This document shows, piece after piece, positions 13,801-26,174 of a stretch of DNA of 64,000 bases (position 1 is the first letter of the stretch; every line of letters begins with the position of its first letter). The translations under genes and the position numbers were made by a program. The notes beneath the pieces were generated by a model. It worked only from the letters and a program-made list of their open reading frames with translations, was not told the DNA's origin and did no database searches. This stretch comes from Perkinsus chesapeaki ATCC PRA-425 (Eukaryota > Protista > Perkinsozoa), in the NCBI GenBank assembly GCA_013115145.1, contig JAAPAO010000031.1:58788-122787 (forward strand), in the 5' to 3' direction.

Positions 13801-15010
13801 AATGCCCAGCGACTCGCAGTCCTCCAAGAACTCTTTCTCGTACTTCCTACAATCGATAGCATTGACGAAATCCCCCCGGCGCAAGCAGCTATCACCTAGC
13901 ATGGGCGTAGAAGATCTCCTTATCCTCGATTGTAGCGCCAAACTGCTCATCAAGCCAGTCAGCCAGAAGGTCCCGGCATAGATCGATGAATTTCTGTGCC
14001 TTAGTAATGATACCGCGGTATATTAAATTGCCGTAGGCTCAACCCTACGCTGGTGCCCTCGGAATCGGACAAGGCCTCGAACTTGGCCTTCAAGTCCTCA
14101 GCTTGTCCGACCTTCATCTCCTGCTGGGCCATCAAGGTGGAGTGCTCTTCAAACTCTCGAGATGACGGGTCGATCTGATTAAGTCCCAATTGCCAGGATG
14201 TCGGCGGTCATGGCGGCTTACGTTTTCGGCCTTCATTTCGTCCAACTTTTGATGAGCTTTCTGGACATTCCTATCAACCACGAATAGGCAGTCCGCTTTG
14301 ATCTTATCTAGGCTGTGCTCGCTGCTAGAGTACCTTACAATGGCAACAAGTATGACGGTATGAACTTCGACAGGGAGGACAGGAAGGGACCAACACAGCT
14401 GCTGGTTACGAGCATCCACAATATCAGTTTTCTATTCCGGACTTGCTCTCACTTGGGCAAAATCCGTTCTAATAAAACGTCGTCCGAGCTAAGTGAAGGA
14501 AAAACTAGTTCTCAGGTACGTTTAATAATCGATGATATTATTAGTTCATTATTAAATATCGATACTGATAGTGATTAATACCCTCCCTCCCTTTAGTACT
14601 GTCTAACAAGCTCTCCTTTTCGAGCCTTAAGAATGATTTTATCATCAATATCGGTGATGTTCATTTGATAGAACACACGGTACCTGAACAAGGCAGCCCC
14701 CGCATACCCCCACAATTTCCCGAGCCCCCCTACTGGAAGTAATCCTCCAGAATCCTTCGTATTATATCAAAAGTGAGGTATGCTCTGGCATGGCCCATAT
14801 GCGCCGAGTCGTATACAGTAGGACCGCAGACGTACATGCGAACCTCCTTACCATTAATAGGAATAAAAGGAACCTGACAGGAGCTGCAATGGCTACCGCG
14901 CTGCTTGTTACCTTAGTGTCGGTCAAGGAGTTATGGACCTTTAAGCCCATGTCCCCTATGGGATTGGGCTTAGGGATGTGCCATTCGGGGAAGCCAGTTG
15001 ATGAGGACAT
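10815..15010 (-). CDS. CARS1: Cysteinyl-tRNA synthetase, cytosolic eukaryotic type, multi-exon
   Basis: [19 protein letters not shown] (HIGH-type motif, ~14780-14840), [17 protein letters not shown]...[10 protein letters not shown] (~12705-12810), [43 protein letters not shown] (KMSKS ~12405-12420), [28 protein letters not shown]. Stop TAA at 10815-10817. Confidence 0.97.
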
Positions 15011-17646
15011 ATAACGAGTAAGTCGAGTAAGTAACCACAGTGAGTGGCAAAAACTGTGGTGGTAGTTCATAGGGTATCTTTCGATGACATGAATTCCTAT
15101 CTTCAACCTCATATAAGACACACTGTGTCAATAATCGGCATAACCTTGCCAATTATTGTCAATAGCGGTTCGGAACCGATGAAAGCGTTACCGTGGTTGT
15201 TGTAGGGGATACCAGTAAATTACTTAAGAAATGACGCAGCCGGGGGCCGAACGCACGATTCCAATCCTTCCGGAAAGGAATTTCCGGTAGAAGGCCACAG
15301 AGGGAGGCCCAGAAGGTTCGCGATGGAGTAAGGAAGGGCTTTTAGTGGTGGGAATGGTGACCTAACTAATTTCGACGGTAATAAGACGTTCGTGCCAGAT
15401 GACTTTTCGCTCGCCCTAGAGTGATTAAACAGTGATCGATTTGGTTTGTCATGACGAGAAGTACGTGATATACGTGTCCCTCAGGTTCACGCAACATACA
15501 TTGATTTGGCATCGAAACTCGTTTTATTCGTTTAGTTATAGCGGTGATTACCAACATGCACAACAGTGGAGTGTCTTTGGTTAAGACGGGGGAATCTTTC
15601 GCAGTCAGCCATTCAATCCCACTATTCATCAGTGGGTTGTTCCGTGACAGACCCCACAGATTCCCAACCGCTGACGATCTGCTGAGCAAAGCGCTAATCC
15701 GTAACTTTCCTCGATATTCTAAAACCTTCGCATGGGGTATCTTGGAAGGTTACTGCACGTATGATATGATATCACACCTGCTATCATTGATATGATCTCT
15801 ACCACCGATAGTTAAGGGCGACTTGTTCTGGGGAATACTCATCATTCCTTAACGAGTTGAGGAAGGATGTCCCATTATTTGAAGGTGCTATCATTCCTCT
15901 AAAGTTTTGATAATAAACAACAGCCGCTACTATGCCTGCCATTATGCTTTACCTGGGTCGGTAATACAGACCCGGTAGGAGTGCGGGTTTTAGGGGTGTG
16001 TTCAAGCTCCCTTGCGGCACGAATTTTTGCTTTGTAACCTAGATCCGCTCCAGTGGGGACTCTCCGCTGCTCGTCAACACAGTATTGGAAAGTCGTTGAC
16101 AAAGTGGTGCTGGCTGAGTTGAAGTCAGGTACCGTTTTCCAAGTTTTTTACGCGCGTTGACTTGTCGGTACAAGCAGCTAGTAAACAAGATTATCCCCCA
16201 AATGTAATGGCTTATATTGTTCGACTAGGAGCTCGCCAATCTTCCTCGTTCTCGCCTAAGAAAAGCGACATACTGGTACCTATAGCCCGACGTAAGTGAA
16301 GTATGAAAAAAAGAAAAAAAGGTGGAATGCTCGTTTATGGAAAAACATTAAATAGTTGTTGCCGGTGCTGACACGGTTTGCTATTTTCTCCCTGACTTTG
16401 CTTGCGCGAAGTGTACAGTACGTCTCAGTGCTTCGAGCGCAACTCGTAATTGGCGCAAAACAGGGGATCAATTGAGAGCGAGGCGCTTTCGTAAGTACAT
16501 CACACAACAATCGAACTCCATCATCGAAACAAGCCAATGTCAGCCGTTTCCGCTTGTGTGTAAATCAACTTAGTATCTACGCGAGATTCTCCTTGTACCC
16601 ATCACCCATGTCACTGAGGGCAAGGAATTATCATACTAACAAAGCCTATGACAGGAGCCAGAAAATGAAAAGTGGCTTTTGGATATCAACAAAGGATGCG
16701 ACAGATAGGAGTATATCGGCAACAAAAGTGGGACCTATCCCATAAAGTGGTCAGGATGGTCGCATTCAGACTGAATCAACTTCGATTCACAACTGTATCC
16801 CGCTGAAAATGCGGGCCTGGGCAGGAGACATTCCCCAGCATGAGAAGTATACATGAAAGCTTGAGAGAATCGCGCTTTACTCTGCGCTACAAGCTAATGA
16901 AGTCATGAGCAATTATTTTCTAGGAAATGGTACAAATACGATTTGGCTATACGTTGAACGCATTAACAAGAACATATGTTGTAGAATGGACGGATAGTGA
17001 CGGATAGCCTGTCAAAAGAGTTCGCGTAAATGGTAACCACACAACACTTTATCGATCTCTGTGAGTATCTATGCCCAACTTAGGAGATGGCACACGATAC
17101 TATAGAAATAAGAGAGCAGTACGCAAAGACATTGTACAGACAAACCGTTGCCTATCAATGCGTGGATTATGTAAACCCCAACGCAGACCAGCAACGAAAT
17201 AATAGATTAATCAGGCAGTTTATCTCGCCGCCAGAGAATTTTTTATCTTTATAAGACTTTTCATTTCCCATATCATCAGGCTTTGGGCGACCCGAAAACA
17301 GAGGAAGACCCACCATATACCAAAACAAGATGCTTACATTGATGATAACCAAGCGAGCATCCTAAGATACCATCTCCCGACCAACCACCACAATGAGCCA
17401 AATCGACATGAAAGCAAGAATCATAGAACAGAATGCCAATCAACCACCAAGGCGGCGACCACCGCCAATATGTGTGTTTAATATATTAGGATGATCGTCG
17501 TTGAACACCCAAGGGGGGATTGCAAAACAACAGCAAGAGCGCCCGAAAGCACTTCATCGTCGAGACGAGGAAACTGAATAACGGAACTATCGTTTAATAC
17601 GATTAGAGTGAGCGGCAGCAGCAGCTGTTGAAGAGGTATCCACACC

Positions 17647-18672
17647 TTACGCGCACAGACTCAAGCACTGATCGAGCGATCTAGATACTCTAGCGTCAGA
17701 GGCAAAAATGTCACAGGCATCGGCTACAGAATTGATGTCGCATTGAGCAACCAAATCGCTCGATAAACGGACAATTTCAACGATAGCTTCAGCAAGCTTA
17801 TTGGCTTTAGCCGAGAGAGGCTCGCTGTTAATCAAGGCCTCTATTAAAGCTGGTACCACTTCCTCCTCGCTGAGCATGGTCACCGTGGTAGTATCATCAG
17901 ATGTAGAACTGGCCAATAAACGGCAAGCAGCGAGAACAGTGCAAGTAGAGTCATCAGCGAGCAACGCGCTCATAAGACCTCTCCTATAAAGAACAGCTTG
18001 GACTCCAACATCACCACAGTCGGCAAGAACGGACAGACCCTCGCATCTGATAGATTCGTTGGCGTCTTCGCACATGTCGACCTCGAACTGTAGCTCGTCT
18101 ACAGTGGGCATATCCACGCCTTCCATGTCAAGTGGCGGCATATTGCCGAGCAACTCGGCGCTCGTAGACGGAGTCGCCTCGCCCAAGAGATGAGCACGGC
18201 ACTTCTCGAAGACGTCCAGGAAAACATCACGACTGCCCTGGTCGCATCGGAAACATATCCTCATCTCCTGCTCGGACAGGAAAAACATAAGTATGCAAAC
18301 AGAGGCCATTTGTCCCCAAACGTCATAAACGTCCATGGCCAACTTGAACTTCTCCTGTTTAACTGTAACATCAGAATCCTCAAACATTTCTTCTATGAAT
18401 TGTACAATAGAATTAGCGGTAGCCTGGTGATCCTCAGTATGCACGTCAACACTAGTAAGAGGATAGACATACATAGGGTCAGCAGGGCACTTAGGAGGGA
18501 GACCTTCGAACCGACCGGCACGGCAAAGCTTCGACACGGGCTTGCGAGCGGTCGTGAAATCGGCCATGTCGAGACCGGTGAGATCCAAGGCAACACCTCT
18601 GGTGACATCATCGACGTTATCATAAACATCGTCAGCATCTTCTATAACATTGTTAAGCTGTTTGCTATCCAT
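17647..18672 (-). CDS. Intronless 341-aa acidic hypothetical protein; possible KA1-like fold followed by ARM-like helices
   Basis: Uninterrupted ATG-to-stop ORF. Segment KQEKFKLAMDVY...ICFRCDQGSRDVFLDVFEKC resembles KA1 C-termini (FRR..GD...F...F). C-terminal half is helical and ARM-like (EGLSVLADC, VLAACRLLA, VVPALIEAL). Fold calls are by eye only. Confidence 0.75.
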   Translation of the reverse strand: MDSKQLNNVIEDADDVYDNVDDVTRGVALDLTGLDMADFTTARKPVSKLCRAGRFEGLPPKCPADPMYVYPLTSVDVHTEDHQATANSIVQFIEEMFEDSDVTVKQEKFKLAMDVYDVWGQMASVCILMFFLSEQEMRICFRCDQGSRDVFLDVFEKCRAHLLGEATPSTSAELLGNMPPLDMEGVDMPTVDELQFEVDMCEDANESIRCEGLSVLADCGDVGVQAVLYRRGLMSALLADDSTCTVLAACRLLASSTSDDTTTVTMLSEEEVVPALIEALINSEPLSAKANKLAEAIVEIVRLSSDLVAQCDINSVADACDIFASDARVSRSLDQCLSLCA

Positions 18673-19076
18673 TAAAGATTTAAGATAAGGTTTAAGATAA
18701 GATAATACTAAAAGTAATGAGGACGATAACGGGACTATGTGCTATTTGAAGAGGAGGGAGGGAGACAGCGCGACACAAGCTAAGAACACAGTGAAGTTAC
18801 AGCAGACCGGCGGCCTGCTGCTCGCAAAACGAAGTCAAATGGGGAAGCGAATAACGAAGACAACTTATCGTTGAAGTACTTTCCATAACACAACAACCGT
18901 GAGTACTTCTCTCGAAGAAAGATTAGTGAAGAGGAGACTGTTGGTGGTGTTGTTGTTGATGTTATTGCAATGTATATCAGATAGTAGCTGCTGCCACCGA
19001 GCAGTAGAAACAGAGCAGGACAGCAGCAGCATCACCGCCGCCACCGCCTCAGAAACCAGTAAGTAGTAGAAGACGT

Positions 19077-22000
19077 TTATCGAACACGCATGTCGGTGGC
19101 ACGCTTAGGGATGAGGGCCTCGATGTCCTCATCATCGCTGCTGCTGCTAGCCCACTCATCATCATCCTCCTCGGTGTTCTGAAACGAAACCGTCGAGCGT
19201 AATAATAGACCATGCCAAAGTAGCTTACGTCCTTCGTGGCTTCTCCGTCATCCGAAGCAGCATTCAACCAATCACGGAAGGCTTGAGTTTGGAAGACTAT
19301 CCTGGTGCGGTCGGCAGTGTCAGCTTCCGGGCCCGAATACCTGCAATGTCAGGAGCGATATCGAGTAGAAAAGTATCATCTGATACTCGGTGTTAGAGGA
19401 AAACCTTGAAGGACAATTAGATGCGCCCTGAACAAATTCATTTGACTTTTCCTTCTGGCCTAGTATCCCATTGCATGTCAAGACTCTCGCGTACATCTCC
19501 ACGTAGAACCGTTTTAATCTCAAGAAGCACATTTCTGTGGGGCTGGATAACTCCCTGCAACCGATTCCTCGCTTACTCGTCACTCCAGAAGTTGATGAGC
19601 TGCGCGGTAACAGCATCGATATAGTACAAGGAGAACCAGACCGCCTCGATAAGTGTACAGTCCTTAGCCAAGCGTGGGCACTTCAATGACTCTACAGTTC
19701 TCTGCGAAGAGGTCAGGAACTGGAAACAGTACCTACCGATCGAAATGAGCAGCAGCAGGAGCCTACAAGCACTCTCCGCCACGAGCTTACCCCCGAGTCT
19801 GGCGGTTCGAGTCGACAAGAGCGGTGAAGATCGGTGCGTGACGCTGGAAGAGTTCAAGACATTCGTCCAAGGACGTAAGCGTCGCGGCCCTAAGCAAGCA
19901 CCTCATCAACCAGCTCTCTCCAACCGCTCAGCCTACTTAGTGACCAAAGCCTTGAGGATGCCATCGATAAGATACATGCTCTGCATTTCGGGGACGCCGA
20001 GGTTCTGAGGCATCTTAGCGGCCATGTGCTCGTTCTTCTTGGAGGCATTGTCGACATGCTTCTGGTAGGCATTGAGGAACTTATCCACCCTCGCCGTGTC
20101 AACAACAACCGGAGCCTGAGGGGGGGGGGAAGATGCATTGCGAAGGAGGCCCTTGATAGTAAGTAAAGACACCATCTATGATCCAAACCTCCAGAACGAC
20201 GAGCTATCCCCGGTAGGAAGAAAACCTTACACGGTTTATTATTTCGCTAGGGACATTTGCTTCAAGCCTACGAGCTCCGGCGGCGATCTATCGAGACGTG
20301 AATTTTCTTTACGCTTCGTAGTATTTATCATTATACATTCAACCATCTTCTATACTGTCGGCGATAGCCCTCACCTCCTCCTGTTCGACTGTCTCTTCTC
20401 CTTCTTCTTCCTCATCCTCCTCATCAGCCCACTCGTCGGTTGGAGCTGCCATGGTCTCCAACTCCCTAGTGGTCTTCTCGACCTCCTTCCTCTCAGCATC
20501 ACGGCTCTTCAGAGTAGCAGCAGCAGCCGCTGGTTCAGTCCGGCTCGAGGGCTCTTCCCGATCGGCGGCGGGCCTCCTCCACGGCGCGGCGCTTCTAGTG
20601 GGCTCCTCCCGTCTGAGGGGCTCATCAGACCTCCTCAGACCCTCGGCGCGAGACCCGAAATCCCGTCTTGGAGGCTCGTCTCTCCTGAAGCTGTCACCAC
20701 GGCGCAGAGGCTCATCAGAGCGACGATTGCCAAACGCATCATCGCGACGTGGACGATCCTCTCGAAGAGCCTCAGCCCGAGCTAAGAAAGCACCAGTTTC
20801 CGAACAACGAATTCATACGATCTCTACATGGTGGAACCCAGGCACGGCTGCTTCGAGGCTCCTCGGTTGACGCTGCCGCCGCCGGAGCGCGGTTTCGGTT
20901 AGCCAACTCGGTCCTGAAAGTAGCAGACGTGAGGAGCGCTCGAGGAGACATATCATATACGGTATTCGAAACCAACTTTAGGCCACCGAAGACCCGAAGG
21001 CTAGATTATATGGCATAACACCAAATTCACGGAGAAATGTGGCGAGAGCGGTATGACGGCATACCACCCAAATGGCTGCAAACCATCTGATATAGAATAA
21101 ACCAAGAGATATTGGAGACTTCATGCTGCTGCGCACCCGTTGGTAACTTCGATAGTGATTTACGATACGGTGAAGCCTACTGCCATACAAAGTGAGGAAG
21201 AGGAGTGCTTACTTCCAATCAGAAGAAGGCGCGGCACCAGCTGTGCCAGGGCGCCTCCACGGCGGGGCAGCAGCAGCAGCCTCGGACGAACGAGGTTCTT
21301 CAGCAGTGCCAGGTCTGACAACCGACAGCATAACCGAGGCTCTAATAAGATGCCTTACCTCCTCCACGGCGGGGCAGCTCCACTCGAGCGGGGCGGTGCA
21401 GCGCTGGCCCTCCAATTATCATCCGCTAAAATATACCACACTGGCGCCGTCCCTGTTTTCCGTTTCCTATCGCCTACCATCAGCACGGTCCAATCCACGG
21501 GAAGTGTCCTCTCTCGAAGATGAGCGAGGTTCACCGCGAGCTCCGAAACCGCGGGAGCTGGGACGACTGAAGGCGTCCTCGAGGCCTCTGCCTCTGCAGA
21601 CCGAAACACTACTCCAATTTCCAGGCGCGCGGTAACTCACCTCTCTCCATCTTGACTGTCGCGTTCAGTGGACCTATCGCCCTGACGACGAAGTCGCTCA
21701 GCCTCGGCGCGCTCGCGCAATTGTTGACGGAAGGGAGTGAGACCGCTGAGATGAAGCCATGTGCCGCCGGGCCGACACCTCCCGAATCCATTACCTATCA
21801 TTGGTTCTGAGGCCGCCAGGACTGCGAGATCGCTGGTGCTCCAGATTGGGACGGGGGCCGGCACGCCAGTTGTCATCCTGAGGAAGAGGATGCAAGAGCA
21901 GCATAGGGTGTAAGCTACCTCGTCAGCGGGGTCGGAACGACGATCGCCGAAGCCTTCACGGCGGTCACCGAAGCCCTCTCGACTGTTGCTCGGTCGGAGC

Positions 22001-22343
22001 CTTGCTGAACTGCGCCAGTCATCGTCCATATCACCGCGCCCGACGTCACCGCGCTCGCGGGAACCTACAGGAGCAATACCAACCTTTGAGAATACGAGAT
22101 GCTCACCGCTGCGGCCCTCATCCCCTCCACCACGACGCCAGGTGCCCTCCGAGTCTCCTCTTCCAATGCGATCGTCGTCTCCACGGCGATGCACTAAACA
22201 AATCTATCTCTCCCTCCTTCACAGCACTGTGACCTACTGGGTTGACGCTCTAGTCCCATACTTCTAGTAGGCAATGTTTCCTCCTGGTTTCCTCCCTGAA
22301 AGTCGAATAGCGACATCTTGGTCGCCTTTGGTTTCTGTGGCAT
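19077..22343 (-). CDS. Translation-factor-like protein: eIF4B-like N-terminus and R/D/G-rich region plus C-terminal eIF4G-type W2 domain
   Basis: Start MPQKPKATKMSLFDFQGG...LPTRS. Low-complexity exons with DDDWR/DDNWR and AP(P)WRR repeats, then an acidic linker. W2-like LIDGILKALV...LFQRHAPIF...IEAVWFSLYYIDAV...FWSDE...IVFQTQAFRDWLNAA plus acidic tail. Stop at 19077-19079. Confidence 0.75.
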
Positions 22344-23361
22344 GATTATCTGACCATAAGTCCATCTCTCCCATTCCCCTCCACAATAGTACCTCTTGGC
22401 AGCTGCAAGCTTGTTAAGGCGTACGGCTGCTGGGGTGCAGTGTCAATAAAAACACTACTAACTACGAACAAGCTAATATCGAAGAATTCACTGTATCCGC
22501 TTCCCTTACTCAACAACTTCTCCTCTTGTCGAGTTGCACAAAATTTGTCCCCATCCTCTCGCACGGACTCGGAATAATTTTTGGGCGCGCGACTAATGCC
22601 TGAATTAGCTATTGCCCCTAATCGATTTTGTCGTCTCGGGCCAATTAAGCCATTAATGAATTGCAACTGTGATGAGCAACTTAAATCACCTTATCTACTT
22701 TGCCTGAAGGCCCTGTGTAGATACACTTAACCCTCTTTCTGAGTTTCATACCGCTCCCTTCTCGCTTGCTTCAAGCGCAAACGATATGGTTCGTAGTGCT
22801 TACCTTACAGCGAGAATAACAACTCGAGATTTCCCTTCTGAGAGCCTTGACACTGTGGTTCTGCCGATCTACTATTCTCGCAAATGTAGCACGTGCACTA
22901 GTCCATATTTGCAGCGAAATGGTCTTTAGTGACCATGTCGTGTTCACCAGGACTGAGAACGTAAGGTCGCTCTTCTCTCCTGTTTGCTGCTGGTAGCTTT
23001 TGGGAACATTCTGGCATTCGACACTTGTACTGTTTTCCGAGATCTGTATCATTTGCTACCATCTGGATTGGTTGTGGATATAAACTTCTCGGTATATTGG
23101 TGATGCTCTAATCCTCGGTCATAGGGTCCCTTCATTTCCGAGGTTCGCTTGCATCGAAGATCTCAACTACCTTAGCGTCGTAAACCTGACATGTGGGTAG
23201 CAGCCATAAATGCAGCTCCACACAACTGTACTCGACGTATAGTGACTAGGGTGGGTTAGAACCGTCCATCGTTGATGGGCGGCGTAGAACACTCTAACAC
23301 TCAATTTGCCATCAAATGCTCGCTTATCGTTGTCCATAATCTAATTTTTATTTGCTGTAAA

Positions 23362-24604
23362 ATGAATCCTTCGCGCCGTTCTCGGATCTCTGTGGGCGGA
23401 TTTCGAACATTATATGACACCTATAGGACGGCAGTTAAGTATTTAGTATACAACTTGTCCGCCAAGATCCAAGAACCTCGCAAAATCGTAAAGTCGTCGA
23501 AGAGACGTTCGCCAGCATCGTCTCCGTCTTATGAAAGTCGACCGCCACGGCCAGTGAAGCCCCATTTGGTGAGGCTAGTAGGGGGAGTGGAGGATGACGG
23601 TTCGTGAGCTTAGGTCAATACTCGACCCTGCAAGCACCATATGAAAGGACAGTGCAAATATGGACAAAAATGCTTCTTCGCCCACGGCCGTGAAGACCTC
23701 TCCCCCGGAGCGTGAGGGCTACATGAACCTTCCTGTGTGGCACTCCCCGCTTCAGCTACGGCACACATAGCTCCGTCTCGTTGAACCAAATAAAAGAGCT
23801 GCAAGGCGACAATATGAAGTAGGGCGCTCGTGTTCGACACCAAAGAGCTATTTAACGGTGTCAGTCCTCTAAAAATGATGAGCAGTGTTCCCGCATGGAA
23901 GAAGCCCAACGGACGTTACCTATCCATAGGGGTAGCAGCGCCATTGATATATGGGGGAGCTCGCTCTCTGCAGGGAGCCTCGACTGCTGCCTCATCGTCA
24001 GCTCGCCCATCGGTAGACATCGACCCGGCTATAGTAGCTGCCTTGCAGAGTGCGCCCCCGACGTGAGCCTCCCTGAACCACCTCGTACGGCCTACTGCGA
24101 TGTTGGTAGGCAAAATCTAGCAGAAGGGCATCCACCTGTGTATCATGGGCAACAATCTGAAGCTCCCAGAGAGCCCGCTGAAGTAACCTGTTACCAGAGT
24201 AGCAGTGTTAAATTGTGATATCGCTTTCAGAACTCTCCGATGGTTCCTCCGACTGTCGCCAGTATGGCATCACGACATGACTTATCTCCCCGGAACAATG
24301 ATGCCTCTGAGACGTCGAGCCGTATTGTCGAGACTCTCGTGGGCCTTATGGAAGGTATGTGTGGTTGCTTTGGCATATCGCGTCGGTTAGCTTGTGTTTG
24401 AGTGCCTCCTATGCAACTTGCCAAAGTGATGTCCGTAAATGGTGTGCGAGAAACGAACTATTTAGTGACAGTTTCGATATTTCAGATTTCAAGCCCCTCG
24501 AAGAGATGTCTCGGGATGAGCTCTACTCGTTTGCAGCTGCTGTTCTTCTCCAGGATCCACCACAGCGTCACGGCAATTCGGTCCGGGATGATCAGTACAC
24601 TTGA
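23362..24604 (+). CDS. CCCH zinc-finger protein, multi-exon
   Basis: Exon at ~23614-23712 reads VNTRPCKHHMKGQCKYGQKCFFAHGREDL (C-x7-C-x5-C-x3-H) and is flanked by ttag/gtgag splice sites. The upstream exon is open from ATG 23362. The last exon probably ends ...RDDQYT* at 24604; internal exons are uncertain. Confidence 0.7.
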
Positions 24605-25707
24605 CTGTGTCGCCAACTGTGACAGAAATCAAGTTGCTCGCTCTGCAGCTTAACAGCTACTGGAACGCCCAGGTTTTTTATATCCCTATGAAGCCCCCTC
24701 CCTCTCTGGGTGGCGCACACCTGGGGTGTTTGCGAATCTTACTGCTATTTCAGCACTAGTGCATGCGTGATACATTTTACTGGCATATTCACCAATGTAT
24801 GGCAGCTCACTTTGAAGCGACCCGTTTTCGACTGTTTTTTGTACTGAAGAAATGTCGAGCCATCACAATCCCCAAATCCATATAAGGGGTCGTCGGGTTG
24901 CACCTATGGCATGGTCCTTGTACCAATTGTTGCGTTATATAGTGCATCTTAGCGAATACCAGCAGTAGTGCTATTGTCACTTCACGAGCGTACTGTAACT
25001 CTCCTATCTTCGGAACTTCTCAACAAAAATCTAGCGGAGCAAAGTCTTCCACAAACGCGAACTGATTGGGAGATACTGGAGCTCATAGAGGTGTTTGGAG
25101 GACTGAGAAGTACATAATACCATTTCGTCGGGAGTCCAGGTCTTCAATATCTGTTAGTTCACGCATCGATACTGAGTCACACCATGTGCTCAGGAGCAAA
25201 ACTAGTATAACGAACGCAGTGAAATCTCAACTCATCTGCGGACTAAGCAAGTCTATTCGCTAAAACCGCTGAGTGTGGGAGATTGGAGGGAGTTCGAGGG
25301 TCCCATGCTGGTACCAGCGGCCAGCTAGCGGGTTGTAGTCATGAGACATGAAACGCGCGCTGACGGGAGCCTAAAGACCAAGTAGGTCCGTAGTTGCAAC
25401 GTGAGAAGCTAAGATGATGTATTGAGACATCAACTAGGCCTCACGGCTACAGCTGCTGAGCTGCCAGGCCCAACCACACTCTTGGCAAGAAAAGAAAGGG
25501 GGAAGCAGAGATGCTACTGCGTGATGCAGACGGTACGTAACCTGAGCTCCGCCCCTGCCACCCGGCACTAAAGACAGTGCTTCAAAAGTCGCCAGCCGTC
25601 TAGCTCAAGACGGTAGTTCAAGCGCGCTGGGTCCATACTTCGTCCCAGCCACATTCCATCGCCGAAACCGTCGGGCGACGCTCCGGCTTCGGGGGAATCC
25701 TCATAGT

Positions 25708-25753
25708 GCGCACTGCGCACTGCGCAGGCTGCACAGCGCACAGCGCACAGCGC
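25708..25753. repeat. Heptamer tandem repeat (GCGCACW)n, about 6.5 copies
   Basis: gcgcact gcgcact gcgcagg ctgcaca gcgcaca gcgcaca gcgc, read directly. Confidence 0.85.
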
Positions 25754-26106
25754 GTCAGGATTCCCACTGCTGTTTTACGCGCGTCGAATCCTACGGATTT
25801 AACGTGGAAGGAATCCCCGGGCCACGAAAAATATACTCTGCTAGGGCGGCCAGCGAAGCCCGGAGTTTTCTGTGGAAAGTAATTTCTGCAGTGTAAAATC
25901 CCACCGAACACGGGAGTGCGGGAGGAATACTCAAATCCCAAACCCGAACAAACTCCAAAAGTTGAGCCGGAAGAGGTTTCGGTTTGGCTATCCATGTCAA
26001 AGCAACAAGTGACCCAAGGCAAATCTAGGGGCCGTTTGTGCCCCAAGTGCCTATATCGGGCACAAATGGAATGCCTGGAATTATTGGAAAGCCATTCTAT
26101 TGAATG

Positions 26107-26174
26107 ATGTCATGACATTGTCAATGACAATTTGTCATCGTCAAGTATGTCATTTTGCCACGGTTGCGATGACA
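26107..26174. repeat. Cluster of TGTCA/TGACA pentamers forming chained palindromes
   Basis: TGTCA at 26108, 26119, 26133 and 26148; TGACA at 26113, 26125 and 26170. Includes the perfect palindrome atgtcatgacat (26107-26118). Confidence 0.8.

Noticed and set aside
15200-17430. Probable multi-exon hypothetical gene on the minus strand with a hydrophobic start (MILAFMSIWLIVV)
   Set aside because: The exon chain and product could not be resolved by eye.
18190-20870. Long plus-strand ORFs 18190-18675, 20138-20785 and 20451-20870
   Set aside because: Antisense shadows of the 341-aa ORF and of the low-complexity exons of the eIF4B-like/W2 gene.
25066-25263. Integrase Zn-finger-like AHRGVWRT ORF
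   Set aside because: No matching CxxC, DDE core, RT or LTRs nearby; the match is too short.
25589-25609. Possible spliced-leader relic (agccgtctagctcaag vs the Perkinsus SL end AGCCATCT(T)GGCTCAAG)
   Set aside because: Only about 14 of 16 nt match, the 5' part mismatches and no ORF follows. No SL relic was found upstream of the intronless genes either.
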